A DNA stretch of 64,000 nt. Origin: Phaeosaccion multiseriatum (Eukaryota; Protista; Ochrophyta, other classes). A program made the translations under genes and the position numbers. The notes below the pieces were generated by a model that worked only from the letters and a program-made list of their open reading frames with translations, did no database searches and was not told the origin of the DNA. This document shows, piece by piece, positions 36,040 to 50,101 of this stretch. Location: positions 496,001-560,000 of the forward strand of contig OZ218962.1 in NCBI GenBank assembly GCA_965112735.1. Reading direction: 5' to 3'. The first letter of the stretch is position 1. Every line of letters starts with the position of its first letter.

Positions 36040-39000
36040 AAGAGGGCGGAAGAGCTCGGTTCAAGCCTTGTCCTGCCTGGCTGTCCCTCCCTTCTGCCTC
36101 TATCCTTCGGCTGCCATCTGGCCCTTGCCAGCCTTACTCTGTGGACAGATCGGATCCGAGCCACATTCGAGGCCTCCAAGGAGGTGTGTGTGTGTATGTG
36201 CGTGCGTGCGTGCGTGCGTTCGTGTGTGTGCGTGTGTGTGTGCGTGTGTGTGTGTGTGTGCGTGCGCGCGCGTGTGTATCTGCGAGTGCGTCTGTGTCTA
36301 CGTTCGTGTATCTACGTGTGCATGCGTGTGTGTGTGTGTGTGTGTGTGTGCGTGTGCCTGTGCGTGGGTGTGTGCGTGTGCGTGGGTGTGTGCATGTGCG
36401 TGTGTTTGTGCGTGTGCGTGTGCGTGTGCGTGTGCGTGTGTGGTGTGCGCGTGTGTGTGTGCGTGTGCGTGTGTGTGCGTGTGCGTGTACGTGCGCGTAT
36501 GCGTGTGTGCGTGCGCTTGTGCGTGGGCTCTTGTGACTCACTCCTGCGTGCATTGCGTGAATGTGTGTGTGTGTGTGTGCGTGCGTGTACCCCACCATAG
36601 GTGGAGAAGATCGAGTGGGCCGCCTCCCTGGAGGGGCTACAGGAAGAGAGCTGCCTACTCGTACAGAGGCACTACCGCAGATGGGTACAAGACAAGAGGG
36701 CTATTAAGGCTGCGAAAGAGGAGGCAGACAGGAGGAGAGAGGAGAGGAGGAGGAGACGCAACCACCACATGGCGGAACGGTGAGTGGAGGGGGTTGTGGA
36801 GTGTCGTGGATGGGGAGGGGATGGCAGTGGATGGGGAACCGTACCCTAAGACTATTTACTCTCCTTGTTTGCTTATGGACCGTCAACTACCACTGCTTGC
36901 CGAATCACCAACTGCTCAGGGAGAGGCAACTCACCGCCTTGCTGCTAGTGGAGAGAAGGAGGAGGGCCGAAAAGGAGCGGCTGGAGGACAGAGAGGTGAG
37001 GATGGAGGGTAGTGCGTCGGGAGGGGAGGAGCTAGATGGCAATGGATGGGGAGGGCAGGGGATAGATGGCAGTGGATGGGGAGGGGTGTTTTATTGACTT
37101 ACAGGAATCGACCTAAGAATTACGTATGTGTGGATGGGGAGGGGAGGGGGGGATGGCACTGGATGGGGAGGGGAAGAGAAAGGAAGGGTGTGCCCGTCTG
37201 CTGTATGCTGTCCACAACACGCACGCACACGCACGCACACGCATGCACACGAACCCACGCACCCTGCTAGCTCATCACCATCCATCTCCCCTCCTATCTC
37301 TCTCCCCCTTTATTTACTCTATCATCTATTTGCTCTCTCGTTTCTTTTCATGCGCTCACTTGCACTTGTCGTGACATATCCCGACAGGAAAACATCATGA
37401 AGGAAGCCGTCCGGAGAGAGGCCGAGCGGCGCTTCAAGCTCTCGGCCCACCGCCGCACACGCCCTCTTCTCTTCCACTGGCGCAGAGAGGTGCTCGTGGG
37501 TCAGATGGTTCGCCGTCACTCGATCGAGCTGCGGCGTGTGGTTCTCCAGCAGTGGGGCTGCGTCGCCAAGCGGAGCATCCGAGAGAACCGGGCGGCGACC
37601 GTTCTCCAGCGGCGTGTGAGGGAGTGGCTGCTGTGCAGGCAGGCCAAGGCTCTGAGGATGCGCCTCCAGGAGAGGGGGGGGAGGTTTAAAGACTTCATGG
37701 AGAAAGCTGCGGGTGAGAGGAGGAAAGGGGGGGGAGGGATGGCAGTGGATGGCAGTGGATGGCAGTGGACAGCACTGGATGGCGCAGGGGATGGGGAGGG
37801 GAGAGAGGGAGACAAAGACTGGCAGAGAGAGGGAGAGGGAGAGGAAGAAGGAGAGAGGTGGGGGGAGGGGGGGGAGGGAGAGGGAGAGGGAGAAGCGGGC
37901 TAGTGCTGCGCTCTTTGAATTCATCCCTCCCTCCCTCCCTCCCTCCCTCCCCTTCTTTCTCTCTTCCTCCCCTCAGGCAAGTACCAACGCCTTCTCTTGT
38001 CCTCCTGGCGGCGATACACCAAACGCTCCCTCCGCATTACACAAATGGCAAACACTCACCGCCTCTCCATCCTCTCTGAGCGCCTCTCTCAATGGCGACT
38101 GTGGACTACCAACATTCGCGAGAGGAAGGAGGCGGCAGCGTGGGTGGTGCAGAGGCCTGCGAGGGCTTTCGTAGCGCGACTCAGGGTACACAGGAAGAGA
38201 AAAGCGCAGGTGCGTGGGTGGGTGTATCTCTCTCTCTCTGTGTGTGTTTGTGTGTGTGTGTGCAGTGTGTGCGCGTAAGTGCGTGTGTGTCTGTGTGCGT
38301 GCGTGTGCGTGTGTGTCTAGAGAGTGTGTGGATGTGTGTGTGTGAGAGCATGTGCGTGCGTGCGTGCATGCCTGCATGAGTGGTGGGGGTCTTTTCGCAA
38401 CGTACACACAGAAGCCACGGAGCGGAGCATGTAGATATGTTGATGATTCACGCCACCTGAAATGTCGAAGTGTAGAGCAGCGTGACGAACCGAATGAATC
38501 GCTGCTCCATCTCTCTACATATGCCCATACTCCCGTGTATGTACCCCCCCCTCCCCCCCCATCCACTGCCATCCCCCCTTCCCTCTGTGTACAGGCGGCT
38601 GTGCTTGTGCTGCAGCGGCGTCTGAGAGTGGTGGCGGTCCGCCAGAAAATGCTCGTGTCCAGGGATGCGTGGAGGGGCAAGATGGAGAGAAGAGACGCTC
38701 TCGTGAAGAAGATGTGAGTGAGTCGGAGTGGGCCTAGGTCCCTATCCTCCCTTCCATCCCTCACTGCCTCCCTCCCTCCCTCCCTCCCTCCCTCCCTCCC
38801 TCCCTCCCTCCCTCCCTCCCTCCCTCCCTCCCTCCCTCCCTCCCTCCCTCCCTCCCTCCCTCCCTCCCTCCCTCCCTCCCTCCCTCCCTCCCTCCCTCCC
38901 TCCCTCCCTCCCTCCCTCCCTCCCTCCCTCCCTCCCTCCCTCCCTCCCTCCCTCCCTCTCCCTCCCTCCCTCCCTCCCTCCCTCCCTCCCTCCCTCATCC

Positions 39001-40950
39001 CCCAGCCACGAGCGCACTCTCCGTCTTGTACTGGAGGGGTGGCGTAGAGAGAAAGGGCACTTACGTCGAGTCAAGTCCTTCGCTGCCAAGCTTGACCTGA
39101 GGCATGAGGAGAACGTGCAGAGGAAGGTGGGTGGGGACGGCAGTGGATGCGGATGAGGAAGGAAGGAAGGGAGGGAGAGAGGGAGGGAGAGAGGGAGGGA
39201 GGGATGGAGGAAGAGAGGGAGGGAGAGAGGGAGGGAGGGAGGGAGGGAGGGAGGGAGGGAGGAGAAGATGAGAGAGGATTGGTTTTGGGGTGGGGGACGG
39301 TGGTCCGCGGCGTATGTGGGGTGTAAAGGTGGTGGGGTATGGGGTATAGGGTATGAGGTGTGTGGGATGACCTATGGGGTAGAGGGCGCATGTGCGTGTA
39401 CTCACTCGGCAGGGTGCTGTCTATCCTTCCTGTGTCCAACATCTGTGCTCAACAAAGGCTTGACACTTGCTGGGCAATTGCTTGACAAAGGCTTGACAAA
39501 GGCTTGACAAAGGCTTGACAAAGGCTTGACGAAGGCGTGATAAACAGGATGTGTCCAGCAGTAGCTAACACCCTACTCCTCCCACTTCGTCAGGCCCTAC
39601 TGGCGTGGCGTCATGAGGTTGCCGATATACTGTCGAAGCGATCGGCACAGGAGAGGCAGAAGCAGGAGGAGAACAGGCGTTTCAATCACGCCGCCACCTC
39701 CATTCAGAAGGTAAATAAAGGTGGGGGGAGAGGGAGTCACGAGAGCCAGGAGGGCACAGAAACTAACCTAAACAAGTGCAGAGACCACACTACACAAGTC
39801 GTCGCAGAAGCTTGTTGTCGTGGCAGGGCCACCACAGGAAGGAGTCACAGAATCCACAGCACCGGAGAACCACATCGCGCAGCCCTTCTCCAGTGCACCT
39901 GCGCTGCTGTACTTGGCTTTTCGTTGACTTCTCTCTCTCTCTCTCTCTCTCTCCCCTTTCTCTCTTCTCTCTGTGATAAAGGTGTGGAGGGGCCACTTTG
40001 CAGGCTACGCATTCGGGAGGGAACTCTTGCGCGTCCGAGCTGCCGTGCACATTCAGGCCGTCTACAGAGGTAAGGAGCGTACATTGGGTACATTATATAT
40101 AGGGTATATGATATATAGGGATATGATAGATAGGGTATATGATAGATAAGGTATATGATAGGGGCCATAGGTATGTAGGGCAGGGGGTATTTTACGGTAT
40201 GGAGAAGCAAGCCCGTCCGTGGAGGTGAGGAGGGCCCCTCTCGATCACCTCACCGCATCACCACACCACCACACCATCTGTATCATCACCACATCATTTG
40301 TACCACCAACTGACCTACATGCATCCTCTTCACCACCTCACCAAATCATCATCCTCGCTCCAATTGCACACAGGACACCTCGTGCGTATGCACACACTCG
40401 GAGCGGCGGTTCTTTTCCACTCCGCCGCTATCATCCAGGTGAATTACGAAAGGGTACTTTGGCTATATATATATATATGTATATAATATATATATATATA
40501 TATATATACTATATATATATATGTTAGTCACTGACCTCACATACCAACATACCAAGTCACTGAATAACCTACAACAGTCATTTAGTCGCTTTACCACCAA
40601 GTCACTGAATACCGTACTGTTCCACACCGTAGGCCATGGTACGAGGATACGCGGTGCGGAAACGTTACACACTCTACTTCGTCGAGGCCGCCCTCACCTT
40701 CTCCAGGACCAATCAGTACAACAGACTGCTGCACCTGCTGGAGCTCTGGCCGGACGTGGTACACGAGGTGGATGAGGACGGGAGTAACTTGCTGCATCAC
40801 GCGTGCAAGGTAGGTGTGTTGGTCATACAGGCGTGTGTGTGTGTGCGTGTGTGTGGGGGGGGAGGATGAGGATGGGAATAATTTGCTGCATCACGCCAGT
40901 AAGGTGGGTATGTTGGTGATACAGGGATGTGTGTATATTTGTATATTTGC

Positions 40951-41005
<55 letters not shown>

Positions 41006-44000
41006 CGTGTGTGTTTTCGTGTGTGTGTGCGTGGCCCCGAGAGGAGGCGAGCAGTTCTCCCTTGAGCTCCTCCTCCTGCTCCTCCTCCTCCTCCTCCTGC
41101 TACTGCTGCTGCTGCTACTGCTGCTGCTACTGCTGCATAGTGCCAATCCCTTAACATGCCCGTACACCTCCTCCACCACCCCACCCTGCCCCGCCCGGAG
41201 CGTGTCAATATCCATAGCCTCGATATAAATCGAGACCAATAGACTGAAACTGAAACTGAAACTTCAGCTGCAACTGAGCTCTTTCCCCCCTCTTTCTCCA
41301 CCACCACCTGAACCCCACCCACCTACCCACCCACGTCTACCCACCCACCCACCCACATCTACCCACCCACACACACAGGGCTCTGCCAAGCGCACACTCA
41401 AACTGTGTCTCCGCTACGGCATGGACCCCAACGCGTACTCCTCGCAAGGCAAGACCCCCCTCCACATGGCGGTACAGAGTCCCAAGCCCCTCGTCAGAGG
41501 AGAGTGCGTGCTCTACTTACTCCAACACGGAGCCGATGTCGAGCTTCCCGACTACGAAGGAGCTTGTCCGGTCCTCCTTGCGGCTCGTACAGGGCACGGA
41601 GATGTGTTAAAGCCCTTGCTTGAGGCAGGGGCGCGCATCGACCCTCGGGATGATAGCGGTGCGACCCCTCTTTTTGTGGCGGTGTACGAAGAGTTTGATG
41701 TAACCGTCGAGTTGCTGCTGCGCTATGGCGCCGACAGCGGGGAGAGGGGCGGAGGGGGCGCTACGGCCTTGCATGTGGCGTGCGGGAATGGTGAGTGCAT
41801 TACGAGTTGCTTTTGCGTTTCGGGGAGTGTGAGTGTGTGGGAAAGTCTCCCATTCTACCTCTCCCTCTCCCTTTCCCTCTCCCTCTCCCTCTCCCTCTCC
41901 CTCTCCCTCTCCCTCTCCCTCTCCCTCTCCCTCTCCCTCTCCCTCTCCCTCTCCCTCTCCCTCTCCCTCTCCCTCTCCCTCTCCCTCTCCCTCTCCCTCT
42001 CCCTCTCCCTCTCCCTCTCCCTCTCCCTCTCCCTCTCCCTCTCCCTCTCCCTCTCCCTCTCCCTCTCCCTCTCCCTCTCCCTCTCCCTCTCCCTCTCCCT
42101 CTCCCTCTCCCTCTCCCTCTCCCTCTCCCTCTCCCTCTCCCTCTCCCTCTCCCTCTCCCTCTCCCTCTCCCTCTCCCTCTCCCTCTCCCTCTCCCTCTCC
42201 CTCTCCCTCTCCCTCTCCCTCTCCCTCTCCCTCTCCCTCTCCCTCTCCCTCTCCCTCTCCCTCTCCCTCTCCCTCTCCCTCTCCCTCTCCCTCTCCCTCT
42301 TCCTCTCCCTCTCCCTCTCCCTCTCCCTCTCCCTCCCCCCCCCCCTCCTCATCCACCATAACACAAACTAACACAAAACCCTTTCCACCCTCTCCTCTCA
42401 ACAAAAGGCTTCCGCGATATTGCCGACGTGCTTCTGCGCTACTCTGCCGATCACGAGGCTTTGGACGACGATGGCCTTACCCCCTTACATTACGCCATCA
42501 ACTCAGACAACGGCGATCTATGCGATCTCCTTGTGGGCTATGGGGCGGAGGTGAGTGCGATTGCTTGTGACAGGGGCTTGTTTGCTTGTGACAGGGGCTT
42601 GTTTGCATGTGACAGGGCTTGCTTGCTTGTGACAGGGCTGATTGCTTCCGATTGGGCTTGTTTACTTACGATTCGTCGGATCGATCGTATGTTGCCATGC
42701 CATACTGGTGCTTATTCACCTAACATAACCCTTCCTTACGTACCCGTTCATCCATCCATCCATCCATCCACTGCCATCCTTCAGGTGAACCAGCAGGACA
42801 ACAAGGGCCGTGCTGCCCTGCACATCGCGGCCGAAGAGTCCAAGCTCAACGCGTTGGAGGAGCTCCTCGGCCATCCGGTGAGGCAGGGGGATGGATGGCA
42901 GCGGATGGATGGCAGGGGATGGATGGCAGCGGATGGATGGCAGCGGATGGATGGCAGCGGATGCATGGCAGGGGATGGATGGATAGCAGGGTAGTGTAGG
43001 AGGGCAGTGTGTGAGTGAGTTTCAGTGGCGGATAATTAGAGTGAGTTTCAGTGTCAGTCAGCTCGGCGGGAGGCGCTAGTCCCTCAGTCAATCAGGCAGC
43101 CGCACTTTCGCATCCCCTCCCTGCAAGCATAGATGGGGTTCACGTCACGATCCGAACTGCCAACCACCCAACCAATCAACCCACCCTACCAATCAACCAA
43201 CCAAACCACCCACCCAACCAACCAACCAACCAACCAACCAACCAACCAACCAACCAACCAAACAGGTGGACGTGAACGTCCGAGACGAGTTCGGCGAAAC
43301 GGCTCTGCACAACGCCGCCTACGCCGGCAACACACCGGCTGTGCTGCTCCTGCTTGGGGGGGGTGCTGACCCCAACCTGCAAAACGAGCAGGGGGATACG
43401 GTTGCGCATATCGCAGCGAGGCTTGGAAAGCTCGACATGATGCAGGCACTCATTGACTACGAGGTGAGGAAGGCGTATGGGCAGGCATATGGGGAGGGTA
43501 GAGGTGTATGGGCAGGGGAGACGTGGGGATGGCAGTGCATGGGCAGGGCAGAAGTGGTACCCTCAATCATCAATTACTCACTCCATCCCTCACTCTCACA
43601 TATTCAGCCAGCCAACCAACCAACCCACCCACCTACAAATGTACCCACCTGCCCACCCACCCGCCCACCCACCCATCCATCCATCCATCCATCCATCCAT
43701 CCATCCATCCATCCATCCACCCCCCTCCCTCAGGCCAACATCGGTCGGCGTAACTGGGAGGAGCGTACCGCCTTCGGAGAGGCCAGGATGGGGAATCACG
43801 TACCTGTTGTTGAGCTCCTGAGCAAGACGTTCGCACCGCATCAGCTTGACGAGAACCACGAGGCCAACGCTGAGGTAGGAAGGGGGGGGGGGGTGGCAGT
43901 GGGCGAGGGTATGGGGGGGACAGGGAGACGAAGGTGGATAAACAGAGGGTGAGGGAGAGGGAAAGGTGGTTGTACTACTCTCTCAGACTTCGCTCGTTGC

Positions 44001-46491
44001 CCCCTCCCTCCCTCCCTCCCCTCCCCTCCCCTCCCTTCCCTCCTCCCTCCCTCCCTCCCTCCCTCCCTCCCTCCCTCCCTCCCTCCCTCCCTCCCTCCCT
44101 CCCTCCCTCCCTCCCTCCCTCCCTCCCTCCCTCCCTCCCTCCCTCCCTCCCTCCCTCCCTCCCTCCCTCCCTCCCTCCCTCCCTCCCTCCCTCCCTCCCT
44201 CCCCTCCCCTCCCTTCCCTCCCTCCCTCCCTCCCTCCCTCCCTCCCTCCCTCCCTCCCTCCCTCCCTCCCTCCCTCCCTCCCTCCCTCCCTCCCTCCCTC
44301 CCTCCCTCCCTCCCTCCCTCCCTCCCTCCCTCCCTCCCTCCCTCCCTCCCTCCCTCCCTCCCTCCCTCCCTCCCTCCCTCCCTCCCTCCCTCCCTCCCTC
44401 CCTCCCTCCCTCCCTCCCTCCCTCCCTCCCTCCCTCCCTCCCTCCCTCCCTCCCTCCCCTCCCCTCCCTCCCTCCCTCCCTCCCTCCCTCCCTCCCTCCC
44501 TCCCTCCCTCCCCAGAGTGAGAACTGGGACGCGCAACTCCAGGCGTCGTCCTCTGCGTGGGAGCAGCGCTGGGACGCCTCCAAACAGGCATGGTACTACT
44601 TCAACTCACAGACGGGAGAGAGCAGCGCGAAGGCTCCTTTCCAGGCGAGGACGGAGGATGTGGAGAGACTCAGGGAGAAGGCGGACATTGCCTATCGCAA
44701 GAAGGTGTGTGACGTAAGATTACATATATGCCTGTGTGTCAGGTATCATGCACCACTGATCTTTTTCTCCCTCCCAAATCTCGTGTGAAGCTTTCTCCAA
44801 GCCGCTCTCCCCCTCCTCCCCCCTCACCCCCCCCTCCCCCCCTTCCACTTTCCGCCTTCCCGCAGGTCCGCCCCGTCAACTCCGCGTCCCTTTTGGGCAC
44901 CTCAGACTACGTTGAGTACTTTAATACCGAGAACGAGGTAAGATACGTCCACACCAACATGAACTACTCTTACGTAATCTGACGTATCTTTACTTAAGGT
45001 CCCTTTTACTGTCCTTCTATTGTAACCCCCCTACTGTCTCCAAGGAAATCCTCGGCCTGCGAGCGCAGCACAACGCGGCCGTGCGTCTGCAGAACTTGTG
45101 GAGGAGACGCCGGGCTGTCAAGGTGTGTAGTCGAGGCAGTCAGATAGAGGCATACAGGCAGTCTGATAGAGGCATACAGGCAGTCTGATAGAGGCATACA
45201 GGCAGTCAGATAGAGGCATACATGCAGTCAGATAGAGGCATACAGGCAGTCTGATAGAGGCATACAGGCAGTCAGATCGAGGCATACAGGCAGTCAGATA
45301 GGGGCATACAGTTAGTCAGATAGAGGCATACAGGCAGTCAGATAGAGGCATACAGGCAGTCAGATAGAGGCATACAGGCAGTCAGATAGAGGCATACATG
45401 CAGTCAGATAGAGGCATACATGCAGTCAGATAGGGGCATACAGGTAGTCAGAGGCATACAGGCCGTCAGATAGAGGCACACAGGCAGTCAGATACAGGCA
45501 TACATGCAGTCAGATAGAGGCATACATGCAGTCAGATAGAGGCATACATGCAGTCAGATAGAGGCATACAGGCAGTCAGATAGAGGCATACAGGCAGTCA
45601 GATACAGGCATACAGGCAGTCAGATAGAGGCATACAGGCAGTCAGATAGAGGCATACATGTAGTCAGATACAGGCATACAGGCAGTCAGATAGAGGCATA
45701 CATGCAGTCAGATAGAGGCATAGGCAGTCAGATAGAGGCATACAGGCAGTCAGATAGAGGCATACATGCAGTCAGATAGAAGCATACATGCAGTCAGATA
45801 GAGGCATACATGCAGTCAGATAGCATACATGCAGTCAGATAGAGGCATACAGGCAGTCAGATAGAGGCATACAGGCAGTCAGATAGAGGCATACAGGCAG
45901 TCAGATAGAGGCATACAGGCAGACAGCCAGTCAGGTAGTCTGATAGAGGCATACAGGCAGACAGCCAGTCAGGTAGAGGTTTTGTGTGTGTGGGTTTGTG
46001 TTCGTCTCGATGGCAGTAGATGCTCGATTGATCACACCCTCCTCTCTCCTGCACTTGACTCCCCTCCCCTCCCCTCCCCTCCTCTGCCCTCCCCTCCTAT
46101 CCCTTACCCTCCACAGACCACCACACAGCTCCAACGCGAGGCCTCAGCCGCCGCTGTGCTCGGCAGAGCCGCTCGTCGATGGCTCGGCTATAGACGGAGG
46201 GAGCACATTCGGGCCTGCGAGGGGGCAGCGAGAGTGATCCAGAGGGCCTATCGCTGCGCCAACTCTCGCTACATGTACAAAACCTTCGTCAGAGAGCATA
46301 TTCACTCCAAGGCCCAGCAGGTAAGGGAGGGAGGGGGGGGAGGGGGGGTGGGGTGTGGCAGTGGATGGCAGTGGATGAGGGCAGTCGATTCTTTCTCTTT
46401 CCACCCCCGTCCGGTCCCCTTACGCTCCATATGCCCGGAAGGATCCCCAGAAAAAAATGACACTGGCCCTGCCCATACGCTTCCACATCAT

Positions 46492-46547
<56 letters not shown>

Positions 46548-49500
46548 CCTCTCCCTCTCTTGCCCATATGCCTGCCTCTGTCCTCTTGTGTCTCGCCAAA
46601 CGAGCAGGTGACGCTGGCCCGGCTGCTGTCCCGTGTGTGGCGCGGCTATCACTACGGCCGCAAGCCTCGGCGCCGACTCCTTGCTCTCCGAGCTTACGCG
46701 TGGTGGGGGGAGGAGGAGTGGGGTAAGGCGCTCGACGCCTCCTCCACCTTGGGCCCGCTGCGCTCCTTCACCTACCCTGTGAAGCCCAAGTCTACGCAGC
46801 ACGATGGTGTTGTGAAGGGAGGTGTGAATGGTGTGAATGGTGGTGCCAACGGTAGTGTTAATGGTGTTCGTGCGGTTGTATCACCAACTGCTGCTGCGGC
46901 TGTGGCCATGTGCAACGAGTACGTGCTGTACGGCTCTGTGGATGTAAAGTTTTACCACCACGTTGGGGAAGCAGGAGCAGCGGGGGAGGAGGCCTCTTGC
47001 TTCTCTTGGCAGCAGCCCGACGAGTGGTTCTACAGCGACATCACAAATGCCAAGGAGGAGGCTCACCGCAGACGCCACGGGTACACTCGATCGGTGCGTG
47101 TTGTCAAAGGGACAGGCAGTCGAGCGTAGGCGCCAGTGAGAGTTTCAGTAGGACAGGCGTCAGTGAGAGTTTCAGTGGGACAGGCGCCAGTGAGAGTTTC
47201 CGTTCGATCGCGCTGGCTTGATTGGCAAGAGAGAGTTGCAGGTCCACGAAAATTAAAGCTGACACCTGCGCTTCCCCCTCTCCCCTCCCCATCCACTGCC
47301 ATCCCCCTTCCACATCCACTGGCATCTCTCCTTGTACCCCCCCTGTAGGAGCTGTGGGCGGCGTCAACGATTCAGTCCCGCTGGAGGAGGAAGCTTGCAA
47401 GAGAGGCCCTCCACCACATTCTCAAGGCACAGCGCATCTGCAAGAGTGCGGAGACCACGTATCTCGAGCGGCCTGATGATCTACGCCACCTCATCAATTA
47501 CATACTCTTCCTGCACGTCATTCGCAAGGACTACGCCAGGTGAGGGGGGGTAAGGGGTGAGGGGTGTCAGGACAGGGGGGTAAGGGGTGAGGGGGGGCTG
47601 TAACTTCTCTCTCTGTCTTCCGCCCCAGAGCTGAAACCAACCTATCTGCCCACCCCTCTCTAAAACTGCTCTCCATCTCTCCCTGACCGCCCCTCTGAAA
47701 CTGCTCTCTCTGTCCTCCCCTTTCTGAAACTGCTCTCTCTCTCCCCACCCGTCGCTGAAACTGCTCTCTCTCTCTCTCTCTGCCCACCCCTCTCTGAAAC
47801 TGCTCCGTCCCTCTCTCTGCTTACCCCCTGTCCTCTTCCCCATCCCCACAGAGTGCGCATGCTCTACGCCCAAGCTCTCTCGGAGATGACTCGCAAGGGC
47901 CCCGATGTGGAGCTGTTGTTATACGCATACGCCATCTTCAGCATGGCCACTGGAGAGGAGGATACTGAGAGCGTCATGTCGTATGTAGCACGGGCCCGTG
48001 TGGCGCAGAAGGAGGGCAAGGCAAGGGCCGACACCAAGCCAAGACACTTTGCACTCGCCGAGGTGCGGCAGTTGGTGATACAGGGGGAGGGGAGGGGAGG
48101 GGAGGGAAGGGGAGGGAGGGAGGCAGGGAGGGAGGGAGAGAGGGAGGGAGGGAGGGAGGGAGGGAGGGAGGGAGGGAGGGAGGGAGGGAGGGAGGGAGGG
48201 AGGGAGGGAGGGAGGGAGGGAGGGAGGGAGGGAGGGAGGGAGGGAGGGAGGGAGGGAGGGAGGGAGGGAGGGAGGGAGGGAGGGAGGGAGGGAGGGAGGG
48301 AGAGAGTAGCGAGGTATGTACTGAAAAGGAAAGGAATTCGTGCCGCGCATTCCTACCACGGGTTCTCTTGCCCCCTTTTCCTTCTTTGTGTGTGTACGCA
48401 ATTTTCTCTTATCGCACTTTTCTTCCCTTCTCCCTCCCCCCCCTACCCAGGCCGGCTTCTTCCGCTACGCAGCGTTCAACATCAAGGACGGTCACAGTTG
48501 GCACAACTATGCCCTCTGTCGCTACCTCGTATATGGTGACTACAGCACCGCTCTCAATTGCTTCGTTCAAGCCATCGAAGCCAGCCCCAACGATCAGAGG
48601 ATACAGGTGAGAGGTGGATGGCAGTGGATGGGGGGGCAGGGAGGGGCTGGCTTTGGATGGAGGGGCAGCGTCGGATGCGCTTCAGCGCCTCGGGTTCTCC
48701 CTTCGCTGACCCTTTTTCCTTTCTCCCCTCCTCCTGCCCTCCATCAACCAACCAACCAAACAACCTCAACTCACAGGACAACTTCTCTATAATGTGCGAG
48801 ATGGAACCTGCTCAGTCGGGGTACCCTGCCCGCTCCGCCTTCGACATCCTCACTGCGTACAACCACGACACCACTCAGCAGGAGCGGAAGATGGCCAAGC
48901 TTAGAGAGGAGGTGTTCTTGGCCAGTCCGAAGGCGCAATGGGCAGTGAGAAGGTGAGGGGGGGCGGTTGGTGGTACGCAGTGGGGGTTGTTCGCTGTCAG
49001 TTGGAAGTACAGTTTGTGGTGCAGTTGGTGGTACACGGCCAGCACTGAGTGTTGGGTGTTGAGCGTTTGGGTCTTTGGGTGCTTGGGTGTCTGGGCGTTG
49101 ACTAGGTAGGATCTGGTGTCAGTCGGTGGTGGTCGGTGACGGGGGGGAGGAGGAGGAGGAGGAGGAGGAAGAGGAGGAGGAGGAGGAGGAGGAGGAGGAG
49201 GAGGAGGAGGAGGAGGAGGAGGAGGAGGAGGAGGAGGAGGAGGAGGAGGAGGAGGAGGAGGAGGAGGAGGAGGAGGAGGAGGAGGAGGAGGAGGAGGAGG
49301 AGGAGGAGGAGGAGGAGGAGGAGGAGGAGGAGGAGGAGGAGGAGGAGGAGGAGGAGGAGGAGGAGGAGGAGGAGGAGGAGGAGGAGGAGGAGGAGGAGGA
49401 GGAGGAGGAGGAGGAGGAGGAGGAGGAGGAGGAGGAGGAGGAGGAGGAGGAGGAGGAGGAGGAGGAGGAGGAGGAGGAGGAGGAGGAGGAGGAGGAGGAG

Positions 49501-50049
49501 GAGGAGGAGGAGGAGGAGGAGGAGGAGGAGGAGGAGGAGGAGGAGGAGGAGGAGGAGGAGGAGGAGGAGGAGGAGGAGGAGGAGGAGGAGGAGGAGGAGG
49601 AGGAGGAGGAGGAGGAGGAGGAGGAGGAGGAGGAGGAGGAGGAGGAGGAGGAGGAGGAGGAGGAGGAGGAGGAGGAGGAGGAGGAGGAGGAGGAGGAGGA
49701 GGAGGAGGAGGAGGAGGAGGAGGAGGAGGAGGAGGAGGAGGAGGAGGAGGAGGAGGAGGAGGAGGAGGAGGAGGAGGAGGAGGAGGAGGAGGAGGAGGAG
49801 GAGGAGGAGGAGGAGGAGGAGGAGGAGGAGGAGGAGGAGGAGGAGGAGGAGGAGGAGGAGGAGGAGGAGGAGGAGGAGGAGGAGGAGGAGGAGGAGGAGG
49901 AGGAGGAGGAGGAGGAGGAGGAGGAGGAGGAGGAGGAGGAGGAGGAGGAGGAGGAGGAGGAGGTGGAGAAGAAAGGGGGTGGGAGGGAGTGCATGGGAGT
50001 AGTGAGTAGAACAAGAGAAGGGACTGCAGCGAGCCGCATATACACACAT

Positions 50050-50101
<52 letters not shown>

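Noticed and set aside
45134-45978. 22-bp repeat array as a CRISPR array
   Set aside because: Units are contiguous with no unique spacers, there are no cas genes, and the array is in a eukaryotic intron.
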